From: Aestuariivirga sp.
Lineage (GTDB): Bacteria > Pseudomonadota > Alphaproteobacteria > Rhizobiales > Aestuariivirgaceae
Direction of reading: 5' to 3'
NCBI RefSeq assembly: GCF_965227715.1
Contig: NZ_OZ245771.1
Span: 1,246,347-1,310,346, forward strand
Length of the DNA: 64,000 bases
Shown piece by piece: positions 9,679-19,507 of this stretch. Below the pieces are notes generated by a model. That model was not told the DNA's origin. It did no database searches and saw only the letters and a program-made list of their open reading frames with translations. The stretch's first letter is position 1. The number at the start of each line of letters is the position of its first letter. Both the position numbers and the translations under genes were made by a program.

Positions 9679-10125
9679 TTATTCCATGGCCTGTTGAAGA
9701 GCCCGCTTCTCAGCCTCCGTAAGTGGTGCTTCCGGCACCACTTCCGCCCGCCTGCGGCGGAGAATCAGCACAGCACCCGCAATCAGAAGGGCAGCGAAAG
9801 GCGTGCCCCAGAGCAGAATCGTCTCGGACGTGAATTGCGGCTTCAGCAGCACGAACTGGCCGTAGCGCTCGACGACATAGTCCATGATCTGGGCGTCACT
9901 TTGGCCCTTGCTCAATTGCTCCCGCACCAACGTGCGCAGATCCTTGGCCAGCGGCGCCTCCGAATCATCAATCGACTGGTTCTGACAGACGAGGCAGCGC
10001 AGCTGCGCGGAAATTGCGCGTGCCCGCTGTTCGAGTGCAGGGTCCTTCAGCTGCTCGTCCGGGGTCAGCGCCATGGCCGGTGAAAGCGCTGCGAGAAACA
10101 CCACTATGGCCAGGAGTTTCCTCAT
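9679..10125 (-). CDS. ccmH: Cytochrome c biogenesis protein CcmH (CycL)
   Basis: LRCLVCQNQSIDDS motif, VERYGQFVLLKP. Confidence 0.96.
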   Translation of the reverse strand: MRKLLAIVVFLAALSPAMALTPDEQLKDPALEQRARAISAQLRCLVCQNQSIDDSEAPLAKDLRTLVREQLSKGQSDAQIMDYVVERYGQFVLLKPQFTSETILLWGTPFAALLIAGAVLILRRRRAEVVPEAPLTEAEKRALQQAME

Positions 10126-12101
10126 TCAGCCGCCACCGTGCGGGGTTGAACCGCCCGCTTGGGCGCACCCACGCGGTAGCGCCGGTCGGAGATGGACAGG
10201 AAGCCGCCCAAGAACATGATCACCGCTCCTGCCCAGATGAAATTGACGAAAGGATTGTAATACATCCGCATGGCCCGCGCGCCGCCTGTCGTCTGGTCGC
10301 CCATTACCACGTAAACATCGCCCAGCACCGTCTGATAGAGGCCCACTTCCGTCGTGGGCATGCCGGACGGCTTGAAGTTGCGCTTCTCGGAACGAAGCGT
10401 GGTGATCTCACGCTCCCCCTCCATGACGCGGAAGGTGCCCACGCGGCCCGTGTAATTGGGGCCCGTCAGCGGCGCCTCGCCGAGGAAGGTTACGGTATAG
10501 GCGCCGACGGGCGTTGATTCACCCGGCTTCAGCGCCACGATCACCTCGATGCGCCAGAGCGAAATGGCGATAACGCCGGCCACCAGAATACCAAGGCCGC
10601 CATGGGCGACCGCGGTACCAATGGCAGAGCGCGGAAGGCCCGCAAGGCGGTGCCAGCTTGTCGCCAGTGGCACCTTGCCCAGCCCGACCTTGGCCGCCAC
10701 ATCGGTGATGGCGCCAAAGAACAGCCAGGCCGCCACCGCCATGCCCACGGGTGCAAGCCACGGCCCATGCAGCTTCAGCGCCAGCACGATGAGGCCCACG
10801 AGCACGGCCAGCGCCAGCGCGATCCACAGCCGCTTCAGCGCCAGCCCCACATCGCCCCGCTTCCACGCAAGGAAGGGGCCTACCGGAACGATCAGCAGCA
10901 AGGGCAGGATGATGGGCCCGAAGGTCAGGTCGAAATAGGGCGGGCCTACTGAAATCTTGTCGCCATTCCAGGTTTCGAGCGCCAGCGGATAGAGCGTGCC
11001 GACGAACACAGCGAGGCAGGCGACGCACAGCAGCAGATTGTTGAGAACGAGGCTTCCTTCGCGGCTCACAGGCGCAAAGAGGCCTCCCGCCTTCAGTGCA
11101 GGCGCGCGCCAGGCAAAGAGCGTGAGCGCACCGCCGATGAACACGCAGAGAATTCCCAGGATGAAGGAGCCGCGCGCGGGATCGACCGCGAAGGCATGAA
11201 CCGATGTGAGAACGCCCGAGCGCACCAGGAAGGTGCCCATCAGCGACAGCGAGAAGGCAAGGATCGAGAGCAGCACCGTCCAGATCTTCAGCGCATTGCG
11301 CTTCTCGACCACGATTGCCGAGTGGATGAGGGCCGTTGCCACCAGCCATGGCATCAGGCTGGCATTTTCGACGGGGTCCCAGAACCAGTAGCCGCCCCAG
11401 CCAAGCTCGTAATAGGACCACCAGGATCCCATGGCGATGCCTACGGTCAGGAACATCCACGCCACCAGCGTCCACGGCCTCACCCAGCGCGCCCAGGCGG
11501 CATCGACACGGCCTTCGATCAGGGCCGCCACGGCGAAGGCAAAGGCAATCGAAAGGCCCACATAGCCCGCGTAGAGGAAGGGCGGGTGGAAGGCCAAAGC
11601 CGGGTCCTGCAGGATGGGGTTCAGGCCGTTTCCTTCAACCGGCGGCGGAAACACGCGGGTGAAGGGATTGGACGTGAGCACGATGAACAGAAGGAAGGCC
11701 AGGCCCACGGAGCCCTGAATGGCCAACACGCGGGCGCGAAGCTCAAGCGGCAAGTTCTGGCCGAATACGGCGACAGCCGCGCCATAAAGCGCCAGGATCA
11801 GCACCCAGAGCAGCATGGAGCCTTCGTGGTTTCCCCATACGCCGCTGATCTTGTAGAGCATGGGTTTGGCCGAATGCGAATTCTCGATCACATTCTGAAC
11901 CGAGAAGTCGGAGACGACATAGGCGTGGGTCAGTGCTGCAAATGCAATGGCAATCAGGATGAGCTGCAGCACCGCTGCAGAAATTCCGGCGCGCATCGCC
12001 GCCACGTCGCCACGCTGTGCGCCCCACAGCGGCACCACAAATTGGTAAAGCGCCACGCCAAGCGCAAGGATCAGCGCGAAATGTCCGATTTCTGCTATCA
12101 T
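10122..12101 (-). CDS. ccmF: Heme lyase CcmF (CycK)
   Basis: WWD domain WSYYELGWGGYWFWDPVENASLMPW, HPPFLY, SVHAFA. Confidence 0.97.
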   Translation of the reverse strand: MIAEIGHFALILALGVALYQFVVPLWGAQRGDVAAMRAGISAAVLQLILIAIAFAALTHAYVVSDFSVQNVIENSHSAKPMLYKISGVWGNHEGSMLLWVLILALYGAAVAVFGQNLPLELRARVLAIQGSVGLAFLLFIVLTSNPFTRVFPPPVEGNGLNPILQDPALAFHPPFLYAGYVGLSIAFAFAVAALIEGRVDAAWARWVRPWTLVAWMFLTVGIAMGSWWSYYELGWGGYWFWDPVENASLMPWLVATALIHSAIVVEKRNALKIWTVLLSILAFSLSLMGTFLVRSGVLTSVHAFAVDPARGSFILGILCVFIGGALTLFAWRAPALKAGGLFAPVSREGSLVLNNLLLCVACLAVFVGTLYPLALETWNGDKISVGPPYFDLTFGPIILPLLLIVPVGPFLAWKRGDVGLALKRLWIALALAVLVGLIVLALKLHGPWLAPVGMAVAAWLFFGAITDVAAKVGLGKVPLATSWHRLAGLPRSAIGTAVAHGGLGILVAGVIAISLWRIEVIVALKPGESTPVGAYTVTFLGEAPLTGPNYTGRVGTFRVMEGEREITTLRSEKRNFKPSGMPTTEVGLYQTVLGDVYVVMGDQTTGGARAMRMYYNPFVNFIWAGAVIMFLGGFLSISDRRYRVGAPKRAVQPRTVAAE

Positions 12102-12544
12102 TGCCCTGCTCCCTTGCCAAGCTTCACGCCCTTTTCCTTCAGGCTGTTCGCCAATTCGCGCGGCATATAGTTCTCGTCATGCTTGGCGAGCACAGTGTCC
12201 GCCACGAAGCTGCCGTCCGGCTGCAGCTTGCCTTCCGTCACCACGCCCTGGCCCTCGCGGAACAGGTCCGGCAGAATGCCGTCATAAGTCACGGTCACGG
12301 CCTTGATTGTGTCGGTGACGCCAAAGCTGGTCACGGTGCCTGGGCCCTTCTTCACGCTTCCCTGCTCCACCATGCCGCCCAGCCGGATGCGCTGGCCGGG
12401 CTGCACATGGGTGTCGGCCAGATCGCTTGGCGTGTGGAAGAAAGTGATGGTGTCGGACAAGGCATAGAGCACCAGTCCGGCGGCAAGCCCCAGTACGGTG
12501 AGGCCGCCCAATATCAGGGAAAGGCGCTTCTGCTTCCGTGTCAT
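12098..12544 (-). CDS. ccmE: Heme chaperone CcmE (CycJ)
   Basis: LPDLFREGQGVV and VLAKHDENYMP motifs. Confidence 0.97.
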   Translation of the reverse strand: MTRKQKRLSLILGGLTVLGLAAGLVLYALSDTITFFHTPSDLADTHVQPGQRIRLGGMVEQGSVKKGPGTVTSFGVTDTIKAVTVTYDGILPDLFREGQGVVTEGKLQPDGSFVADTVLAKHDENYMPRELANSLKEKGVKLGKGAGQ

Positions 12545-13647
12545 TCGATCTTCATTTCCCTGGCGAGGCTGGCAATCTGGGCCAGCGCATCTTCATTGCC
12601 GCTATATTGCGCCAGCGCCTTGTCATACGCTGCCTTGGCCTGGCTGGTGTCCCCCAGCACGGCGCGCGCGCGGATCAGCCGCAGCCAGCCATCGAGATTG
12701 TCCGGGTTGGCTTTGAGCTTCTCCTCCAGCCCATCGACCATGGAGCGGATCATCGCCTGCTGGTCTCCGGCACTCATGCTGGCGGCGTCCTGAACCGTTT
12801 TTTGATCCAGTGCCGGGGGCTTCGCCGCCTGGTCCTGCATTTCCGCCAGAAGCATCTGCCGCCAGGGTGCGTCAGCTGGCGTGTCCTTAAGGAAGGCCTC
12901 AAAGGCAGCCTTCGCCTCCGCTAGCTTGCCCTCCTGCTTCAGGGCGAGTGCATCGTAAAACCGGGCTTTGGGCATTTTTGGGTCCAGAACGAGGGCCTGC
13001 TTGAACAGCGTGTGCGCCTCCGCCGGAACCATGCCCTGGCTCGCCATCACCAGCGCCTCCCCGTAGTCCGAGATGTTCTGAGCGGTAGGGGCAGATAGCC
13101 GCAGGATATTGCGGGAAGCTTCGGCCGCGTCATCCCAGCGCATGGCGCGGCGATAGGCCGGCGCCAGGATCTGCCAGCCCTGGAGATCGTCGGGCGTTTC
13201 GGCCAGGTGGCGTTCCACCTTGGCAATCAGCGCATCAAAATCATTGTTCTTCTCGGCATCCGCCATGCGCTCCGCCAGCGGCACGTCGGCGAGCATCGGG
13301 CTTCCGGCGTCAATGTAAAGCGGCAGCGCCACGGCGGGGATGATCAGCGCGCCCAGAATGGCAATCCACGGCAGTGCCTCAGTCCCCTTGCTGCGGGACG
13401 GGTTCTGCGATGCGGCGATCAGCCGCCGCGAAATCTCGTTCCGCGCCGCCTCTGCATCGGCCTGGCCAATCGTGCCGCGCTCCACGTCACGGTCCAGTTC
13501 GACCAGCTGGTCGCGGAACACAGCGCGGTCATAGGCATCGCGCTCGGCCTCGGTCGGGGCCCCCTTGCCGCGCACCACGGGCCACAGCAGTGCTGCGATC
13601 ACGGCCGCGGTCATTGCGGCAAAAACGATCCAAATCATGGTAGTCAT
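12541..13647 (-). CDS. ccmI: Cytochrome c biogenesis protein CcmI (CycH), TPR-containing
   Basis: N-terminal TM, VFRDQLVELDRD, TPR-like repeats; first gene of the ccmIEFH operon. Confidence 0.92.
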   Translation of the reverse strand: MTTMIWIVFAAMTAAVIAALLWPVVRGKGAPTEAERDAYDRAVFRDQLVELDRDVERGTIGQADAEAARNEISRRLIAASQNPSRSKGTEALPWIAILGALIIPAVALPLYIDAGSPMLADVPLAERMADAEKNNDFDALIAKVERHLAETPDDLQGWQILAPAYRRAMRWDDAAEASRNILRLSAPTAQNISDYGEALVMASQGMVPAEAHTLFKQALVLDPKMPKARFYDALALKQEGKLAEAKAAFEAFLKDTPADAPWRQMLLAEMQDQAAKPPALDQKTVQDAASMSAGDQQAMIRSMVDGLEEKLKANPDNLDGWLRLIRARAVLGDTSQAKAAYDKALAQYSGNEDALAQIASLAREMKIE

Positions 13648-13700
13648 GAGATATTCCCGTGAGGGGTATTAGTGCAATTCATCCTGCCCTGCCAATTCCC

Positions 13701-13740
13701 GGTCGCATTGTCGCATGGTGGCGCCGGGGTGTCGGAAAAT
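13701..13740 (+). promoter_or_regulatory. GTCGCA-type direct repeats upstream of soxB (candidate AraC/GlxA-family site)
   Basis: GGTCGCATT at 13701, GTCGCA at 13710, GTCGGA at 13731 (21-bp period); the same motif occurs upstream of metF. Confidence 0.4.
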
Positions 13741-13798
13741 CCTTGGTGGCCTGAGTGGCCATTTGTTAGATAGCCCCAGTTGCAAGGAATTCACCACC

Positions 13799-15052
13799 AT
13801 GAAGCCGCGCTATTCCATTTTTTCGCTCGCGCGAAACGCCATGAACTACCACAAGGATTGGGAACGCGCCTGGCGTTCTCCCAATCCGAAGCAGGAATAT
13901 GACGCAGTCATCGTCGGCGCGGGCGGTCATGGGCTGGCAACCGCCTATTACCTGGCCAAGAACCACAAGATGACCAATATCGCGGTTGTGGAAAAGGGCT
14001 GGCTCGGCGGCGGCAACACCGGGCGCAATACCACCATCATCCGTTCGAATTACCTCCAGGACCCGTCCATCGCCATTTATGAGCTTGCGCGCTCGCTCTA
14101 TGAGGACCTGGCGCAGGAGCTGAACTACAACGTCATGTTCAGCCCGCGCGGCGTCTTGATGCTGTGCCAGACGCAGCATGAGTTCCGCGCCTTCCAGCGT
14201 ACCGCGCACGCCAACCGCCTCGCAGGCCTCGATTGCCGCATGGTGACGCCGGCGGAAGTGAAGGAAATCGTCCCCATCATCAATGACGATCCGAACTGCC
14301 GCTACCCCATCCTCGGCGCCTATTACCAGCCGCGCGGCGGCACCGGCCGGCATGATGCGGTTGCCTGGGGTTATGCCCGTGGCGCCGACTCGCTTGGCGT
14401 TGACATCATCCAGAATTGCGAAGTGACCGGCATCCTGCGGGACGGCGGCAAGGTGACGGGCCTCGAGACGACGCGCGGCGTGATCCGTACCAAGAAGATC
14501 GGCGTCGTCACCGCGGGCCATGTCTCCACCATCATGGACATGGCGGGCGTAAGGATGCCGATCGAGAGCCAGTGCCTGCAGGCGCTGGTCTCTGAGCCGA
14601 TCAAGCCGGTGATCGACTGCGTGGTCATGGCCAACACGGTGCATGGCTACATGAGCCAGTCGGACAAGGGCGAGCTCGTCATCGGCGGCGGCACGGACCC
14701 TTACAATAATTACTCGCAGCGCGGCTCTTTCCCGGCGCTCGAACACACGGTCTCTGCGCTGGTCGAGACCTTCCCCATCATCTCCAGGCTCCGCATGCTC
14801 AGGCTGTGGGGCGGCATCGTGGACATGACGGGTGACCGCTCGCCGATCATTTCCAAGACGCCGGTTGACGGACTGTTCGTCAATTGCGGCTGGGGCACCG
14901 GCGGCTTCAAGGCCATTCCGGGATCGGGCTGGGTCTTTGCCGATACCATCGCCAATGACCGGCCGCACCCCATTGCCGAGCCCTTCGGTTTGAACCGCTT
15001 CCAGGAAGGCCGCCTGATCGACGAATCCGTCGCAGCCGCGGTCGCCCACTAG
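13799..15052 (+). CDS. soxB: Sarcosine oxidase subunit beta
   Basis: IVGAGGHGLA, GGGNTGRNTTIIRSNY, WGTGGFKAIPGSG; start MKPRYS at 13799. Confidence 0.96.
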   Translation: MKPRYSIFSLARNAMNYHKDWERAWRSPNPKQEYDAVIVGAGGHGLATAYYLAKNHKMTNIAVVEKGWLGGGNTGRNTTIIRSNYLQDPSIAIYELARSLYEDLAQELNYNVMFSPRGVLMLCQTQHEFRAFQRTAHANRLAGLDCRMVTPAEVKEIVPIINDDPNCRYPILGAYYQPRGGTGRHDAVAWGYARGADSLGVDIIQNCEVTGILRDGGKVTGLETTRGVIRTKKIGVVTAGHVSTIMDMAGVRMPIESQCLQALVSEPIKPVIDCVVMANTVHGYMSQSDKGELVIGGGTDPYNNYSQRGSFPALEHTVSALVETFPIISRLRMLRLWGGIVDMTGDRSPIISKTPVDGLFVNCGWGTGGFKAIPGSGWVFADTIANDRPHPIAEPFGLNRFQEGRLIDESVAAAVAH

Positions 15053-15062
15053 GAGAGAAACG

Positions 15063-15428
15063 ATGCTTGTCGTCAAATGTCCCGTCTGCGGTGCTGAAGG
15101 TGACGAAACGGATTTCCACGCTGCGGGCCAGGCCCATGTGCGCCGCCCGGCAACCTATGATCCGGCCCATGTGACGGATGCGGAACAGCGCGACTATCTG
15201 TTCATCCGCTATAATCCAAAGGGCCTCCATTTTGAGCGCTGGCGCTGTGACCGCGGCTGCGGCAAATGGTTCCACGCCGCGCGGGACACGGTGACGCTCG
15301 AATTCAAGGCCTTCTACGGCATCACCGAACTGCCGCCGGCTGACGTCATTGCCCAGGCAACCGGTCAGTGGGCTGATTATTTCGCCGAACGCCTGAAACG
15401 CCAGAACCCGGAAGGGACTGAGGCATGA
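15063..15428 (+). CDS. soxD: Sarcosine oxidase subunit delta
   Basis: CPVCG, HFERW..RGCGKWF, RDTVT motifs; operon position. Confidence 0.93.
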   Translation: MLVVKCPVCGAEGDETDFHAAGQAHVRRPATYDPAHVTDAEQRDYLFIRYNPKGLHFERWRCDRGCGKWFHAARDTVTLEFKAFYGITELPPADVIAQATGQWADYFAERLKRQNPEGTEA

Positions 15429-18400
15429 GCAAGCCATATCGTCTCAGCACCGGCGGCCACCTCGTGGACCGCACGAAGAAGGTCAGCTTTTCGTTTGACG
15501 GCAAGACGCTCAGCGGTTTCGCGGGCGACACCGTCGCCTCCGCCGTTCTGGCGTCCGGCCAGCGCGTCTTCGGGCGCAGCTTCAAATATCACCGGCCCCG
15601 CGGCGTGGTGGGCCTGGGCTCCGAGGAAATGAACGCGCTACTGGGTGTGGGCGAAGGGGCAAGGCATGAGCCGAACCTGAGGGCCACCCAGGTTGAGATC
15701 TTCAACGGCCTCTCTGCTGTCTCGCAAAACCGCTGGCCCTCGCTCAACTTCGATGTGGGCGCCATCAACAACACCTTCTCGCGCTTCATTCCGGGCGGCT
15801 TCTATTACAAGACGCTGATGTGGCCTGCCTCCTTCTGGAAGCATGTCTATGAGCCGTTCATCCGCCGTGCGGCAGGCCTCGGCAAGGCGCCAGAAGGCCG
15901 CGATCCCGACCGTTACGAGCAGATCCATGTCCATTGCGATGTACTGGTGATCGGTGGCGGTGTGGCAGGCCTCGCCGCGGCCGAAGCGGCTGCGGCCTCT
16001 GGCGCCAAGGTCATCCTCGCGGATGAGAACCCGCGCTTTGGCGGGCTCGCGGATATTTCGGGCGGCACCATTGATGGCCAGTCCCTCACAAAGTGGGCAG
16101 ACTCGAAGGCAGCTGCACTCGCTGCTGCCGGGAATGTGCATGTCCTCAACCGCACCACGGTCGTCGGCCACTGGCACCATAATTTCCTCATGCTGTTCGA
16201 GCGCGTGGCGGATCATGATCCGGCACTCCTCTCTCAAGGCGTTCCGCGCCACCGCCTGTGGAAGGTGCGGGCACATCAGGTGATCCTCGCCACGGGCGCG
16301 CTCGAGCGGCCGATCGCCTTCGCCAATAATGACCGCCCCGGCGTGATGCTCGCCTCCGCCGCGCGTGGCATGGTGGAGCGTTATGGCGTGGCGCCCGGTT
16401 CCTCGGGTGTCGTCTTCACCAACAATGACGATGCCTATCAGACCGCCATCGTGCTGAAGGATGCAGGTGTGGGCGTTCGCGTCGTGGACTCGCGCGCGCG
16501 GGCCGAAGGCGCACTTCCCAACAAGGCGCGTGAGATGGGCATTCCCGTCGATGCGGGCTCCGTCATCTCTGCAGTCAACACCAGCTGGGGCGGGCTTGGC
16601 ATCACGGATGTCAAAGTCGCGTCCTATCGCAAGGGTCAGGGCCGGGTCATCAAGGAAACCAAGGTCGCCTGCGATTTCGTCGCCATGTCCGGCGGCTGGA
16701 ATCCGGCGCTCCATCTCTGGTGCCACAATGGCGGCAAGATCCGCTTTGATGACACGCTGCAGTCTTTCCGCCCTGACCGCCATCATGACAAGATCACAGC
16801 CATCGGCGCCGCCAACGGCCACTTCGCGCTCCCGCAGATTCTCGAGGAGGCTTATGGCGCGGGCTCCCGCCTGTCAGGCCACGGCAATCTGCACCCCGTT
16901 CCAACGGCCGTGCAGGCGGAAGAGCGCGCGCTGGAGCCCATCTGGTTTGCGCCCGCAACGGGCAAATACAATGAAGGCAACAAGCACTTCATCGATTTCC
17001 AGAATGACGTGACGGCGGCCGATCTCGAACTCGCCCAGCGCGAAGGCTATGAGTCGGTCGAGCACACGAAGCGCTACACCACCTTCGGCATGGCAACCGA
17101 CCAGGGCAAGACCTCTAACCTCAATGGCCTCGGCATTCTGTCGGAAGCAACGGGCAAGTCGATCCCCGAGATCGGCATCACCACCTTCCGCCCGCCCTAT
17201 ACGCCTTTCTCCTTCGGCGCGATTGCGGGCAATCTCACCAAGGATCTGTTCCTGCCCATCCGCCGCACCGCCGTCTACCAGTGGCATCTGGACCATGGCG
17301 CCGTGTGGGAACCCGTGGGCCAATGGCGCCGCGCCTATACTTACCCCCGTGCTGGCGAAGACAAGCACGCGTCGATTGACCGGGAAATCCTCAGTGTGCG
17401 GAACAAGGTCGGCCTGCTCGATGCCTCGACGCTGGGCAAGATCGAGATCAAGGGGCCGGACGCGGCTGAATTCCTTGACCGCATGTACACCAACATGTTC
17501 TCGAGCCTGAAAGTGGGCAAGTGCCGCTACGGGCTGATGATGAATGAGTTGGGCTTCCTGTCGGATGACGGCGTCACGGTGCGCCTGGGCGAGGATCACT
17601 TCCTCATGCACACGACGTCCGGCGGCGCGGACCGCATCGCCGCCTGGCTGGAGGAATGGCTTCAGACGGAGTGGACGCATTACAAGGTCTTCGTCACACC
17701 CGTCACCGAGCAATGGTCGCAATTCGCCATTGCGGGTCCACGCGCGCGTGACGTGCTGCAGACGCTCGATCCCGATTTCGAGATCTCGCATGCAGCGTTG
17801 CCGCATATGTCCTTTGTCGAGGGCAAGCTTGGCCCTTACCCCGTGCGGCTGTTCCGCATCAGCTTCTCGGGCGAACTCTCCTACGAAATCGCAACGCCCG
17901 CCAATTACGGGCTCGGCCTGTGGAACGCCATCATCGCGGCCGGTGCGGAATTCGGCCTCGAGCCCTATGGCACCGAAGCGCTTCACGTGCTCCGCGCCGA
18001 GAAGGGCTATATCGTGGTGGGCGATGAAACCGACGGCACCACGACCCCCATCGATGTTGGCCTCGACGGGCTGGTCTCCAAGAAGAAGGCGGATTTCATC
18101 GGCAAGCGCTCGCTGGAACAGTCCTTCCTCAAGGGTCCGAACCGCAAGCAGCTCGTGGGCCTCCTCACCGAGGATCCAAATGACGTGCTGCCCGATGGGG
18201 CTTATGCGGTGGCCCAGGTGAAAGATAAGCCGCCGATGGAGATGATCGGCCAGGTCACCTCCTCCTATAAATCCCCAACGCTCGGCCGCTCCATCGCCAT
18301 GGCGCTGATCGAGAATGGCCGCGCGCGGATGGGCGATTCCATCTCCTTCCCGCTTCCCGGCGGCAAGGTCATCCGCGCCACGATCACCGATACGGTCTTC

Positions 18401-18433
18401 TATGACAAGGAAGGGGCCAAGCTGAATGTCTGA
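15425..18433 (+). CDS. soxA: Sarcosine oxidase subunit alpha
   Basis: RSFKYHRPRG, KRYTTFGMATDQGK, GcvT-like C-terminus (DASTLGKIEIKG). Confidence 0.97.
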   Translation: MSKPYRLSTGGHLVDRTKKVSFSFDGKTLSGFAGDTVASAVLASGQRVFGRSFKYHRPRGVVGLGSEEMNALLGVGEGARHEPNLRATQVEIFNGLSAVSQNRWPSLNFDVGAINNTFSRFIPGGFYYKTLMWPASFWKHVYEPFIRRAAGLGKAPEGRDPDRYEQIHVHCDVLVIGGGVAGLAAAEAAAASGAKVILADENPRFGGLADISGGTIDGQSLTKWADSKAAALAAAGNVHVLNRTTVVGHWHHNFLMLFERVADHDPALLSQGVPRHRLWKVRAHQVILATGALERPIAFANNDRPGVMLASAARGMVERYGVAPGSSGVVFTNNDDAYQTAIVLKDAGVGVRVVDSRARAEGALPNKAREMGIPVDAGSVISAVNTSWGGLGITDVKVASYRKGQGRVIKETKVACDFVAMSGGWNPALHLWCHNGGKIRFDDTLQSFRPDRHHDKITAIGAANGHFALPQILEEAYGAGSRLSGHGNLHPVPTAVQAEERALEPIWFAPATGKYNEGNKHFIDFQNDVTAADLELAQREGYESVEHTKRYTTFGMATDQGKTSNLNGLGILSEATGKSIPEIGITTFRPPYTPFSFGAIAGNLTKDLFLPIRRTAVYQWHLDHGAVWEPVGQWRRAYTYPRAGEDKHASIDREILSVRNKVGLLDASTLGKIEIKGPDAAEFLDRMYTNMFSSLKVGKCRYGLMMNELGFLSDDGVTVRLGEDHFLMHTTSGGADRIAAWLEEWLQTEWTHYKVFVTPVTEQWSQFAIAGPRARDVLQTLDPDFEISHAALPHMSFVEGKLGPYPVRLFRISFSGELSYEIATPANYGLGLWNAIIAAGAEFGLEPYGTEALHVLRAEKGYIVVGDETDGTTTPIDVGLDGLVSKKKADFIGKRSLEQSFLKGPNRKQLVGLLTEDPNDVLPDGAYAVAQVKDKPPMEMIGQVTSSYKSPTLGRSIAMALIENGRARMGDSISFPLPGGKVIRATITDTVFYDKEGAKLNV

Positions 18434-19028
18434 GCTCTCATACGCTTCGCCGCTGGCCGGGCTTGCACAGCCTCCGGACCTGGCGATTTCCATCCGCGAA
18501 ATCCCGGACCGCGGCATGATCGATCTCCGCGGCCTGGCCACGGATCCTGCCTTCATGTCCGCCGTGCAGGACGTGCTGGGCGTGGCCCTTCCCATCGCCC
18601 CCCGCACATCCGTCAGCTGGGGCGACATCAAGGTCCTCTGGCTCTCGATCGACCAGTGGCTGATCCTCAGCACACGGACGAAAGCGCATGAGCTGCTGGC
18701 CCATCTCAAGGCCGCGCTGGCCGGGATTCATTCCTTGGCCGTCGATGTCTCGGACATGCGCGCCGTGATCCGCCTTGAAGGAGACGGCATCCGCGAGATC
18801 CTGATGAAGGGCACCTCGCTGGACCTGCTCGCCCCCGAATATAAACCCGGCTGCTGCCGCCGGATGCGCTACGCGGAAATTGCCGCCCTGCTGCATGTCG
18901 TGGAGGATGAGGTGTTCGACATCTACGTCTTCCGCTCCTACGCCCACTACACCTGGAGCTTCCTCAGCGCCACGGCGCGGGAGAGCGCCAAGGTGAAGTT
19001 GTTCGGCGCGCAGGATTTGGGGGATTAG
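18426..19028 (+). CDS. soxG: Sarcosine oxidase subunit gamma
   Basis: LWLSIDQWLI, VDVSDMR, IYVFRSYA; last gene of the operon. Confidence 0.92.
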   Translation: MSELSYASPLAGLAQPPDLAISIREIPDRGMIDLRGLATDPAFMSAVQDVLGVALPIAPRTSVSWGDIKVLWLSIDQWLILSTRTKAHELLAHLKAALAGIHSLAVDVSDMRAVIRLEGDGIREILMKGTSLDLLAPEYKPGCCRRMRYAEIAALLHVVEDEVFDIYVFRSYAHYTWSFLSATARESAKVKLFGAQDLGD

Positions 19029-19047
19029 GGCATTCGCCCAACCAACA

Positions 19048-19077
19048 TTCACCTTGCCCGGGCTTGACCCGGGCATC
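19048..19077 (+). repeat. REP-type palindromic repeat, copy 1 (left inverted repeat of the GIY-YIG gene)
   Basis: TTCACCTTGCCCGGGCTTGACCCGGGCATC; hairpin TGCCCGGG-cttga-CCCGGGCA followed by CTTTTT, which could terminate sox transcription. Confidence 0.9.
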
Positions 19078-19089
19078 CTTTTTCTCACC

Positions 19090-19377
19090 TCACATCAGCT
19101 GGTCATAGAGATCGATCCACCCCGGATTGTTCTTCTCCACAAGTGGGATCTTCCAAGCACGTGACCAGTGCTTAACGGTCTTCTCGCGCTGCACAGCATC
19201 CATGAACATCGCATATTCCTCGCAGTGCACGCGCATCGTGAGGCCAAATCTGCTGGTGAAACCGTCAAGCAATCCCATACGGTGCTCATAGGCTCTGCGT
19301 GGCAAATCTGTCGTGGATCCGGCATACAGCACACCACGCGCACGGTTGGTCATGATGTAGAAAAAGCCGCTGGGCAT
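19090..19377 (-). CDS. Small stand-alone GIY-YIG nuclease family protein, possibly degenerating
   Basis: FFYIMTN..GVLYAGST..L.RRAYEH..G...FT..F..E....A.QREK..K.W.R.WK..L.EK.NP.W.DL pattern; start placed at ATG 19377 because the longer ORF begins inside the repeat. Confidence 0.85.
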   Translation of the reverse strand: MPSGFFYIMTNRARGVLYAGSTTDLPRRAYEHRMGLLDGFTSRFGLTMRVHCEEYAMFMDAVQREKTVKHWSRAWKIPLVEKNNPGWIDLYDQLM

Positions 19378-19398
19378 AGCGCATGAGGCAATAAAGAA

Positions 19399-19428
19399 GA
19401 TGCCCGGGTCAAGCCCGGGCAAGGTGAA
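19399..19428 (-). repeat. REP-type palindromic repeat, copy 2 (right inverted repeat)
   Basis: Exact reverse complement of 19048-19077 over 30 bp. Confidence 0.9.
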
Positions 19429-19456
19429 AGATAAGAATTATTAACTCTCTTTCCTC

Positions 19457-19490
19457 TCACCATGCCCGGGCTTGACCCGGGCATCCTTTT
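19457..19490 (+). repeat. REP-type palindromic repeat, copy 3
   Basis: TCACCATGCCCGGGCTTGACCCGGGCATCCTTTT, one mismatch in 34 bp versus 19049-19082. Confidence 0.9.
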
Positions 19491-19507
19491 CCGCGGCCGA
19501 GACCGTC

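Noticed and set aside
19048-19490. Three near-identical repeats next to a nuclease as a mini-CRISPR
   Set aside because: Orientations alternate, spacing is irregular (321 and 28 bp), one interval is a gene, and no cas genes are present
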